Source of the DNA: Piromyces finnis finn
Lineage: Eukaryota > Fungi > Neocallimastigomycota
DNA: 64,000 bases
Assembly (NCBI GenBank): GCA_002104945.1
Contig: MCFH01000039.1
Span: 186,001-250,000 of the forward strand
Direction: 5' to 3'
Part shown: positions 44,101 through 55,157 of the stretch, piece after piece
Numbering within the stretch: position 1 is the first letter of the stretch
Layout of the letters: each line of letters starts with the position of its first letter
The notes under the pieces: model-generated
Told to the model about the DNA's origin: nothing
The model's database searches: none
The model's input: the letters and a program-made list of their open reading frames with translations, nothing else
Program-made: the position numbers and the translations under genes

Positions 44101-46743
44101 TGAAATGAAGAAAAAAAAAATTAATTTTTTTTTTATTTTTTTTTAAACATTTAAAAAAAAAATGTTAGGTGTTCATGGAAGAGTTTTAGATTTGTGTAAA
44201 CCTATTCAACGAAAATATGATATTGCTGTATCTATTATTTTAGGTAGAAATTTAGATGCTATCATTGTAGATGATCAAAAAACAGCTATTGAATGTATTC
44301 AAGTAGGACAATAATAATAAAAATTATTATTATTATTAGTATTAGTATTAGTATTAGTATTATTATTTTATAATATAGTTTTATAAGTATTAAAATCTTT
44401 TTTTTTTAATAAAAATAAAAAAAAATAATATATATATATATAGTATTTAAAAGAAAAAAGAATTGGTACTTCTACCTTTATACCATTAAATTCCATTTCG
44501 GTAAAACCAATTAATGAAAAATATAGATCTTATATAAAAGGAGCACATTTAGCTGTTGATGTCATTCAATATGATTCTATCTATGAAAAAGTCATTCAAT
44601 TTATATGTGGTAATTCAATAATTTGTGATGATATTAATATTGCAAAAGAAATTTGTTATAAACGTAAACAAGAAGTTAAAGGTAAGAAAGAAAGTCAAAA
44701 AATAAAATAAAATAAAAAATGGTTGGAATAATATAATAGTTTACTAATTAATTATAATTAAATATATTTTTTTAATTAAAAAAAAAACATGAATATATAA
44801 TATATAAATGAATTAAAATTCACACTTTGGAAATAATATTATAGCCGTTACTTTAAATGGTGTTGTTATACATAAAACTGGTATGATTACTGGTGGTCAA
44901 TCTGGTATATCACGTCAAGCTAAGAGATGGGAAGAAAAACAAATTGAAGGTAGAAAAAAAAAAAAAAATCATTTTCATGATAAATACATAATAAGGATGT
45001 ATAATAAATTGGATCAAATTAAAAATAATGAAAATTTAACGAAGCTCGAACAAGCGATGTAGTTATCATATTAAATACCATCTTTTGGGTCTGAAAGATT
45101 TGATCCTTGATATATCATTTGATATATAATTTATATAATATATATATTATATATAAATTTTGACAGATTAAATTATAAAAAAAATATTATATATTACATC
45201 TTTTTATATATACATTTTAAATAAATAAACATATATATATATAATACTAATCTTTTTTTCAAAATTTCTATATATTTAAACAAAAGAATTAAAGAATATG
45301 AAAGAAGATCTTGATAAGAAATTAAATGAAATTGCTCGTGCAAAATATAAAACTTCACGTATTGAATATCTTAACTCTGTAATATCTAGTTTTCAAACTA
45401 AAATGTCTTTTGTTAATCAAGATTTGGTAATTTGAAAAAAAAAAAAAAAAACATTTATATTATTTTTCTAAATTAAATTAAAAAAAAAAATATTATATAT
45501 ATATATTAATTTATAATATAATAATATATTTATCACTATATTTTGGTATCCTTAGAGTACTATGGAAAAAAGAATTGAAAGTTGTCAAAAAGAAGCTAAA
45601 TATGTATTGAAAGAAATTGCTAAATTAAGTCCACAAAGTTCAAAGGTAATTATTTTAATCTAAATAAATATTTATAGTATTAAAAACATTACACTATTTA
45701 AAAATATATATAATGATAATTTTTTATGATAAAAAATAAAAATAATAAATTCAATTTAAATAAGAAAAAAAAAAATATTATTAATTCATAAATATTTATA
45801 TTTTATTTTAATATTCAAAAATAGCTATCCATTGATATTAATAATGCCAATTATAAAATTGATGTTATTACCAATAAAATAAATTCAATTACAGATGAGA
45901 TATTCCATGATTTCTGTAAAACTATTAGAGTAAAGAATATTAGAGAATATGAAGAGAATCAACAAAGAGTCACTACAGAAATTAATGAAAAAAGATTAGA
46001 ATTTACCACTCAACAATCCAAATTATCAAGCCAGTAAGTTGAAATAAAAAAAATTATATTTTTTTTTTATTATTAATAAATGAAATATATATATATGTGT
46101 GTGTGCCTTTTTAATAAAAATCATTTAAGAATAATTTATATTTATGTATAAATTATTTTTGATTCGCTTTTTATACACATATAACTTTAATAAAATTATT
46201 AATATTTTATTAATTTTTTTTTTTTTTTTTTAAAAAAAAAAATCAAAAAAGGCTTGTATTCCAAAAGGATCAAATGAAAGAATTAGAAAGTCGTAGAGAA
46301 AAATTAAATATTTCAATTTCTGATGAAGAAGATTTATTGGCTAATTTAAAGATTGATTTAGGTGATTTAGAACATACTATTCAAAGTTTAGAAGAAACTG
46401 CTAAAACAATTATTGATATACTGAATGGACAAAAAGAAACCTCAAGAAAAATTAGAGAAAGTATACTTAATAAAGAAAAAGATATTAATAAAATTTCTAG
46501 TTATATTAATTCTATGGAAAAGGCAATCACTGATGTTGATACTTCCCTTGAAAAACTTTACGGTGAAAGATATATTATTCTTAAAAAATGTAAAATGAAT
46601 GATATTAATATTCCATTATTAAAGGGAAAATTATCTGAACTTATGGATAATGAAATAGAGGTAAGATAAAAGTAGAAAAGGTGTTTATATATATATATAA
46701 ATAGGATAATTATTTTTCAAAAATTATATAATTAATTCAAAAA

Positions 46744-46779
<36 letters not shown>

Positions 46780-46949
46780 ATTTATTATCATTCCGATAAA
46801 TTTATTTATTTTTATTCCAATTAATGAATATAAAAGACATCCTATAATCCAAATTCAATGGATGTTGATCATATTGCTAATTCTCAAATTTCACATGATA
46901 ACAAAAGATTATTAATTGATTATTCTATGTTAGATGATCGACTTAAAGA

Positions 46950-46982
<33 letters not shown>

Positions 46983-48391
46983 CTTTTTTATTTCATTATA
47001 TTTTATTTTATTATAGGATAAAAAAAAATATTAAATCATCAATATAATTATATGATTATTAAAAATAAAAATAAAAATAAAAAAAATAAATAAAACCAAA
47101 AATTAGGATAAAGAAATGAATCAAAAATTCATGGATGAAATGAAAAGAGTAACAGCTGAATGTGAAGCAATTATTCCTAATATGAAGGCCTATGAAAAGT
47201 AAGCATATTTAATTCTTAAACTATATAAAAATAAAATTTTGTATATTTTATTGCTTTGATTTGAGGATATATTTTATTCATCATATTCATTTTTTAATTT
47301 ATATTATTTCATTTTATCTATTTATTTAATTTTTAAAAATTTCAATACAAAATCATAAAAGATTGGATGAAACCGAACAAAAATTAAAAGAAACAAATAA
47401 AATCTTTGAAATTTCCAGACAAAAAGCAAAAACAGCAAAAGAAAGATTTAATCAAATTAAAGAAAAGAGGTATAATTTAAATAAATAAATAAGAAGAAGA
47501 AAAAAATTTTTTTTTTCTTTAATAATAAGTAGATTAAATGTTTCTAATACCCTTTATTTATAAATTATAAAAATTTTAATAATAAAAAGATATAATTTAT
47601 TCTATTCTGCATTTAAGCATATGGAATCAAAAATTCAATCTATTTATGAAGAACTTACAAGAACTCGTACTTCAGCTAATGGACCAGTATTACATGGTAC
47701 AGCCTATCTTAGTTTAGAAGATAGTGAAGTATGTTTTTTTTTTTTTAAAAAAAAAAAAATAAGAATTAATAGATTAATCCTATAACCATAATCCATAATC
47801 GTAATTATAATAATAATTTAAATCCATTCCCCACCTCTATTTTTTTTTTAATAATAGGAACCTTATCTAGATGGTGTTAAATATCATGCTATGCCTCCAG
47901 CCAAGACATTTCGTGATATGGATCATTTATCAGGTGGTGAAAAAACTGTGGCCGCTTTAGCATTATTATTTGCTATTCATAGGTAAGTCATAGATAATAA
48001 AAATAAATAATAATGTATGAAATGAATAATAGTATTGATACAATATAATAACAACAACAAAGGATACTAACTAATTACCATAATATAATGATTACAATAA
48101 ATGATATTATTAATTATCATAATACTAATATTTTATATATATTTCTATAGTTATCAACCATCACCTTTCTTTGTACTTGATGAAGTGGATGCCGCATTAG
48201 ATAATGCAAATGTTATGAGAGTAGCAAGTTATGTTAAAAGACATGCAAGTGAAAATTTCCAATTTGTTGTTATTTCCTTAAAGAATACATTTTATGAAAG
48301 AGCTCAAGCTTTAGTTGGTATATATCGTGATCGTGATGTGAATAGTAGTAAAGTTCTTACTCTTAAATTAGATGGCGAATATGAAAATTAA
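40953..48391 (+). CDS. SMC1: Cohesin SMC1 subunit, multi-exon
   Basis: [17 protein letters not shown]...[35 protein letters not shown], hinge [12 protein letters not shown], and [36 protein letters not shown]. Confidence 0.98.
41664..41828. repeat. 55-bp minisatellite, 3 copies, in SMC1 intron 2
   Basis: cttgacaacc recurs at 41691, 41746 and 41801. The unit includes the near-palindrome tttgaaattcaaa. Confidence 0.92.
45011..45106 (+). ncRNA. Intronic box C/D snoRNA (snR39b/SNORD2-like, guide for LSU rRNA Gm805 equivalent), possibly degenerate
   Basis: 9-bp terminal stem ggatcaaat (45011-45019) / atttgatcc (45098-45106); D box CTGA at 45091-45094; guide accatcttttgggt complementary to conserved LSU GACCCGAAAGAUGGU with one G.U pair; C'-like gcgatgt; non-canonical C box ataatga (45025-45031). 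Confidence 0.7.
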
Positions 48392-48801
48392 AAAAAAAAA
48401 AAAAAAATTAATAATAATAATAACAGAACGTCTTATAATTTTTACTTTTCCTTTTTTCTTTTTTTTTTTATTTTTTTTTAAATATAAAGTATCATCATTA
48501 AACTATTCATTTTTTTCTTTTCTAAATTTATATAAATATAAAGCTTTTTTTTTTTTATATATTTTACTTTACTATATAAACAATCCTTTATATATCTATA
48601 GCATTATTCTTTCTTTCTTTCTTTCCCATAAAAGTTTTAAATTTTTCAATTAAAAATCACAATAAAAATTAATATATATAAAAAAATTTTTTTTTTTTTT
48701 CCCTTTTATTTCTAATGTTAACCGAATCGAAATATTTATTTACGTAAATGAATGTTATTTCTTATTTTCGTTTTTATTTTTTTATAATTCAATTCGTTGC
48801 C

Positions 48802-49774
48802 AACACTTTACTGAATAAAAAAAACTTAATTTAAATGATAGTTTATAATTATTTATTTATTTATAATTATTTTTTCTTTAATAGATATTACTATTTTTAA
48901 TTATTTTTTTCTTTAAATATAATTACATTTTACATACATATATATATATTCAATCAATATATAAAGCTATGCATTTTTATGTAGTTTTTAACATTTTTCT
49001 TTTTATTAAAATAGAGTTACTTTTTATTATTAAGTAATTCTTGTTTTAACCTTTAATTCACAGTTTAAAGGTAGTGTAATAAACCAAGAGAAATACCAAT
49101 AAAAGCTGCTCCTAATCTAACAGTAACAGTAGTAGATTAGGACTGGTCCAATTCCAGTAAAGTTCTTTGCAGCTTTTGAAAAAGCTGATTTAGATGAAGG
49201 TTTCACAAAATTTGTAAAAGAAAAAAGTAATTTAGTTAAAGAAAGCAGTACATCTAAAAAAATGTACTGATAGTGTAGTTGCTTTCATTGATACTTATAC
49301 AAAGCAATATGACCATACAACCGATGTTGCAACAAGTGAAGAATTTGGCAAAAATATGAATGATGCTGTGGTAGAATTAAAATCAATGTCTGAAGAATTA
49401 AAGAAGAATGAATGTGTTAAAGCATATGCTCAATCTAGTGATGCTAAATCTACTACTGTTAGATTAGGAACAGCCTTTATTGGTATTTCTCTTGGTTTAT
49501 TACACTAACTTTAAACTGTGAATTAAAGGTTAAAACAAAAATTACTTAATAATAAAAAGTAACTCTATTTTAATAAAAAGAAAAATGTTAAAAACTACAT
49601 AAAAATGCATAGCTTTATATATTGATTGAATATATATATATAAGTATGTAAAATGTAATTATATTTAAAAAAATAATTAAATAGTAATATCTATTAAAGA
49701 AAAAATAATTATAATAAATAAATAATTATAAACTATCATTTAAATTAAGTTTTTTATTCAGTAAATAAAGTGTT
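48802..49774. repeat. Long inverted repeat: arms 48802-49140 and 49444-49774 with a ~300-bp spacer
   Basis: The reverse complement of the right arm aligns end to end with the left arm with only small indels and substitutions, e.g. gtgtaataaaccaagagaaataccaataaa vs tttattggtatttctcttggtttattacac. Confidence 0.95.
49141..49514 (+). pseudogene. 5'-truncated fragment of a GPI-anchored surface protein gene
   Basis: Reads TGPIPVKFFAAFEKADLDEGF...STSKK [frameshift in A-run near 49260] KCTDSVVAF...AQSSDAKSTTVRLGTAFIGISLGLLH*. The C-terminus has small omega-like residues, a spacer and a hydrophobic tail. The inverted copy has TAC where this copy has TAA. Confidence 0.7.
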
Positions 49775-50009
49775 TTTTAGTAATTTAAAATGGAATAATA
49801 GGATTGGGAAATAAAAATAAAAATTAAAATAATACTAAAAAAGAATATCATATAATGCTACAATGGATGTCAATGATATAATATGAAATATATCCAAGTA
49901 ATGGTGATAATTGAAAATAATATAATTATGATAAAAATAATATCTACAACAATAGTAAAAGTGTTAAAATAGCCATTATTAAGAAAACTCTATTTGAAGG
50001 TAATGACCA

Positions 50010-50690
50010 ATAATGATCATTAGCAAGTCGTTCTTGTTTTTATCCTGGTTGTTAAGACGTTTCCTTAGTATACATAAGACTTCTAGTTCAACCCCACAGA
50101 TGTCAGTGCTCATGAATTTCCCCCATTATGGGTTGAGTTATGATATTCAGGTAAGTATTAACGCACTTTTTAATTTACTTCTATGATATTAGCACTCGTC
50201 TAGCGGGCCTGAGTGGGTCTAAGTATACATGATTCCTTATCAAATTAGAACTTTATAAGTGGTGACTTCGGCTATGCCAAATACACAAGTAACATTCCTT
50301 AATCAATTTAAACATTAGGGGGCGGTTAACACGTGATCAATTGACTATATGAGACTTAGCATTATAATTGGAGATATCGTACAACGACATGCATCTAATG
50401 TACATGAATTAAGTGAGCGTCGAAGTTGAAGATTCAGTATGACAGACCAGGAGAGTCACAATCACCTAGCAATAGGAAAGAGCCAACGTTTCTCTAAGAA
50501 CCATCATTAGGGCTAATTCTGATTGATGAGAGAAATGGACTCAGAAGCATTAGCAAAATTCATTATTAGGGTTAGAAGTTTCACAATTACACGTCCAAAA
50601 AGCTTAAATTATGTCCGGTGTAATTAATAACATAATTTTATCTCTTGACAAGATTTAAGCATAAATTTTTAGGACCATTATTTTGAAGTT
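50010..50690 (-). ncRNA. GC-elevated ORF-less island; candidate telomerase RNA (alternatively a solo LTR or other TE relic)
   Basis: Hand counts of two 60-nt lines give 23/60 and 21/60 G+C against near-pure AT flanks. The minus strand carries CTAACCCTAA (50575-50566) 9 nt downstream of an 8-bp stem, plus several other hairpins. Confidence 0.25.
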
Positions 50691-51241
50691 AAATAAATAC
50701 AATTGTTATCTTTTAATGTAATAATCACTTTTTTTTTTCCTTTTTTTAAATAAAACGAATTGGAAAATACATCATATTCAATTTTATATATATATATATG
50801 TATCGAATAAACTTTACTATTTAAATTAATATTATAATAATAGTAATATCTTTATTTTCTTTTGTTACATTTTTAAATACACTTTTTTCTTTCAAACAAA
50901 ATATTCCATTTCATTCTTTATAGATAACGTTCCTTATTCCTTGTCTCTTTTTTTTTTTTTACTTTCATTAATTTTTAGTTTGCAATATATAAAAAAATAA
51001 ATGGATCAATATAAATTTATATAGGATGAAATATGATTTATCTATTGGTTAAAGAAAAATTCAAACTCCATCTTCGCATTAGAAGTGGACGTGGACATTT
51101 TTTTAAGAAAAAAAAATAATAATTAATATTCAATTAATCAATTTTAGATAAATATATAAAATTCTAGTTTCTCCCTTTTTTTCTCTCTTTTTTCTTTATT
51201 ATTTTTTTTTTTCAAAATACTTTTTAATTAGTAATATTAAA

Positions 51242-51916
51242 ATGGCTATTTCTACTTCTCCTATCGATGACATGTTAACTTGTGGAGAAAAGTTTTACAA
51301 TTTATGTGCATCATCAAAAGAAAATTCATTTTTATCTAGTACAGTAGAACTTTACACCTTATTAAGCTCTTTAAGTTACTACAATAATGACTCTGCTAGA
51401 GAAAAGCTTTACAACTTGTGTGAATCATCAAAAGAAAATCCATTGGTATATTATATTATAGAACCTTACACCTTATCATTCTTTTTAAGTCACTATGATA
51501 ATAAACATAGAAAGATACCAAATGTTTACGAGATTTCTTCATTTATTTTAGATTATATTTTCCATATTTTTATTTTTTTTAATTGGAAAAATGATTATAT
51601 TCCCACAACAATCTTAAATGATTATTCAGAAAGTTTAAGAATGCCTATAGATGCTGAAGTTGATAAACTTGTTGATGGACCAGAAAAAAAACTTATTAAC
51701 AAAATAAGACATACATGGTTAAACTTAAAAGATGAATTGTTAATAGACCAAGTTAATGATATAAATGTTTTCTTGGATTCATTAATTACTCATCTCCCTG
51801 ATAAATTGTTGAAAAATAGAGCTTCCTATTTGAAGGATGGAAAAACTATAGATATACTTTTTAAAACTATAGAAAAAGTGATTTTAAAATTTAATAGAAA
51901 TAGAAATGTTTTTTAA
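51242..51916 (+). CDS. Intronless orphan protein (224 aa) with an internal 38-aa duplication
   Basis: Uninterrupted ORF. EKFYNLCASSKEN... and EKLYNLCESSKEN... repeat with a 114-bp period (51287 and 51401). Confidence 0.6.
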   Translation: MAISTSPIDDMLTCGEKFYNLCASSKENSFLSSTVELYTLLSSLSYYNNDSAREKLYNLCESSKENPLVYYIIEPYTLSFFLSHYDNKHRKIPNVYEISSFILDYIFHIFIFFNWKNDYIPTTILNDYSESLRMPIDAEVDKLVDGPEKKLINKIRHTWLNLKDELLIDQVNDINVFLDSLITHLPDKLLKNRASYLKDGKTIDILFKTIEKVILKFNRNRNVF

Positions 51917-52499
51917 TACTAATTATTACTAATTAAATCATTATTATATCATTAAATCTATTAGAAAAGGAAGAATAGGAAAAATAAAAAGAAGACCTTT
52001 TTTGACTTTTCTTTTGGTTTTTATTATTTATTTATTTATATATTTATATGTACATTTATTTTATTATAAATTTATTAAGATATTCATTTATTAATTTAAA
52101 GATATTTATATTACAATATATTACAATATACTATATAATATATTATTTTAATTAAATTTAATTAATTATCTTTTATTAATTGATTAAAATATAAATTAAA
52201 AAAAAAGGTTAAAAGCTTTTTTCTTTTTTTTTTTTTTTTCACTTTTTATAGCGGTTGATGTTTTAAAAGTTTTAAATTAAGAAATAAAGACGTTAGTTGT
52301 AAGAAAGAAAAAAAAAAAAAAGTAAAAAAGAACTTTAAAAGTTTTCAAGAAAAGAGTAAATAAAAAAAAAAAAAAATTTAATTGTGATTTCCCCTTTTTA
52401 AAATTGGTTATATATTAATTATATTAATAGTTAAAAAAAAAAAAAAAAGATAATAAAAAACCAGTAGAAAAATCTTTAAACATTCGTTATACTATTTAA

Positions 52500-52530
<31 letters not shown>

Positions 52531-52538
52531 GAGATAAA

Positions 52539-54682
52539 ATGCAACTTGATAATAGTGTTAAACCAAGTGACGACAATTCAATGTCAGAATTAAAACAAAT
52601 TTTATCTGAAGCTTTAATGAAAAAAGGAATTTTTGGTAAAATTCAGGTATATACTCATAATAAAATTTGTCAAATTGCTAATTGAATGAAAACAAATTTT
52701 CAATATTAGTGTTTTCAAATAATAATAAGAATAATAAATATGTATAGTTTAGTTTTTTAATGAAAAAAAGAAAAAAAGTAGAAATTTGAATTTTAAGAAA
52801 TTTTAAACATACAATTTAATAAATTTAAATATAATAAAAACATTCAATTTAGGCTGAATTAAGAGCTTCAATTTTCTCAATTTTTAAAGAAAAAGAATTA
52901 AAACTTTCCTTTATGAGTCAAATACAAAAGGTTAATGATATAAAATCAACCGTAGAAGGTCAACTAATGTTTAATTTAATATTAGAAGCATGTGACATTC
53001 TTGGATTATCTTTTTCAAAATCTGTTCTTTTATCTGAAGCATCTTTAGTAAGAACTATTTTTAACTGGAAAAAAAAAATAAAATAAAATTAAATATATAA
53101 ATTATTAATTGTATAGTTTCATTGCTAAAAACTAAAAAAAAAAAAAAAAAAATATTATTACATAAATTAAAATGTCTTTAATTAATAATATTATAATTTT
53201 TATTATCTTTTTTTTTTATTATTAAAAAAGTTGGATGTCGCTGTCTCTCAAAATGCCTTGAGACATCAATTAAATTTAGAGGGTGAAGGTGAAAAAAGTA
53301 CACCGGTTCTTTTACAATTATTAAAGACACTTGATGTTCAAGATATAAATTTGGAAGAATATGTTATAAATGAAGTAGATATATATAATAGGAAGAAAAA
53401 AAAAAAAAAGAAATTTATAAATTTTAGTAAAATTAAATTATTTTTGAATTTTCTTTTTTTTAATTTATTGCTCTTTTATCATTGTATATGTATATATATA
53501 TATTTTTAGAAACATTCTCAGTTAGATTCTTTTGAAGCATTCAAACAAAAACAATTAAATATTAATATAAATGGTTAGTATTGTAATTAAGATTTTAATT
53601 TTTTAACCTAGGCCAATTCAATGTCCTGTTTTATTTATATATACATATATATTTGCTATTATTCATTTTTAGATACAGATTCTTCTTCAAGCCAAAGTGA
53701 AGAAGCCCCAGTTATTATGACTAGTGAAATGAGAACAGAAAAAAGTAAATAAAAATAAATAATTAACATTTATACTAATAATATATACATCAATAATAAA
53801 AAGTCGGAAAATTTAGACTATTAGAGATTTAGTAAAAAAAAAAAAAAAAGTGTTAATAATCATAACAATGATAATAAATTAACTAAATATTTTTTTTTTT
53901 TTTTTTTAAATAATAAATTCTTTTTACTTTTTAAATTATATATATATATGCTTTTTTTTTTTTTTCTAGCTATTGATAATTTCAAAAATAGAAATAATGA
54001 TATTTTAAAAAAATTAGATTCCATTATTAATATAGATAAACATTCCAATGATGAAATAAGTAATGGAAATGGTAATAAAGAAAGTGATAATTATGAAAAT
54101 AGATTTGAAGAAGACTATGAAGAAGGAAATTTTGATGATGATGATGTAGAAGAAGTTAGTTTATTAGATATTCAAAGCAATAGTCTTATTAGTACAGATG
54201 AAATTTTAAAAGAAAGTAAGATTATAGAAGAAGCGGAAGCCGAGGCTGCAGCAAAATCACTACAAAATGGATCTAAAAGTCTCTATGAAAATAGAAATGA
54301 TGAAAATAACGAAACTCTATTAAATAGTTTAAACGATGAAGAAACCCCAAATAAATATAATATAGAAGAAGATTCTGAAATAGATTTTGTGACTGAAATA
54401 TCAAAAGATAATGATGATACCGTAAATTCATTTTCAGAAAATTTAGATGATGATACTTTTGAAAAATTTGGAGATTATCAAATATCAAGTGATGATATTG
54501 ATGATCCTTCCGAAGTACGTAAACAAGCAACGAAATCTCTAATTCATGATATTCAACTTCAATTAGAAAATGAAAAAATAGAAAATAAAAATGAAACTAT
54601 ATCTACCGATGAAACTGAGCCGGAACAACAACAGCAACAAATTAGTATAAATGATATTAATGTTTCCAAAAATATTCGTTAA
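52539..54682 (+). CDS. FGFR1OP: FOP/FGFR1OP (CEP43)-like centrosomal LisH protein with acidic C-terminus, multi-exon
   Basis: ELKQILSEALMKKGIFGKIQ|AELRASIFSIF...GQLMFNLILEACDILGLSFSKSVLLSEA...TPVLLQLL, which fits the FOP dimerisation/LisH pattern. Confidence 0.7.
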
Positions 54683-54984
54683 TACCAATTAATCTAAAAA
54701 TTCATAATAACGATTCATAAATAATCAATAAAATAATTCATTCCTATATTTAATTTAAACAAAATATAAAAGATAAAAAAAAAAAAAAAATCTTTTATAA
54801 TCAATACTTTATTAAATTATAACTATAGATATCTTAACTATAAAATAAAAGAAAAAATACATAAAAAGTATTTATATATATAGGAATAATGTCCTTTTTT
54901 TTTTTTTTTTTTTAAATACATTTTTATCATATTAAAAGCGCCGTGTTTTATTTTTTTTTATGCTGATAAATTTTTTGTACTGAT

Positions 54985-55157
54985 AATACTAATAATGATG
55001 ATCGTTAAAGTTTAATTGTAAATAATAATACTAATAATGGTGATCGTTAAAGTTAATTGTAGATAATAATAATAGTAGTATTGTTGTAAATGTTGTCGTT
55101 TAAATGGTGATCGTTAAAGTTAATTGTAGATAATAATAATAGTAGTAAATGTTGTAG
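54985..55157. repeat. Three imperfect ~40-45-bp direct repeats, intergenic
   Basis: aatg(a/g)tgatcgttaaagtt(t)aattgta(a/g)ataataata starts at 54994, 55036 and 55103. Confidence 0.85.

Noticed and set aside
48802-49774. Interpretation of the inverted repeat as a MITE or Pack-MULE
   Set aside because: No target-site duplication, and the arms are demonstrably a gene 3' end plus UTR continuous with the spacer's reading frame.
50148-50158. Minus-strand ATACTTACCTG, identical to the U1 snRNA 5' end
   Set aside because: No U1-70K loop (GAUCACGAAG), U1A loop (AUUGCAC) or Sm site follows. It is equally read as a plus-strand CAG|GTAAGT donor consensus.
50314-50512. Additional TTAGGG hexamers at about 50315 and 50507
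   Set aside because: Isolated single units, not a telomeric array or interstitial telomere. Only the 10-nt match at 50566-50575 has template-like length.
50430-50540. Plus-strand frame Q*ERANVSLRTIIRA faintly resembling a retroviral integrase motif
   Set aside because: Stops occur at about random frequency in all six frames and there are no DDE flanking motifs. Kept only as a weak hint for the TE-relic alternative.
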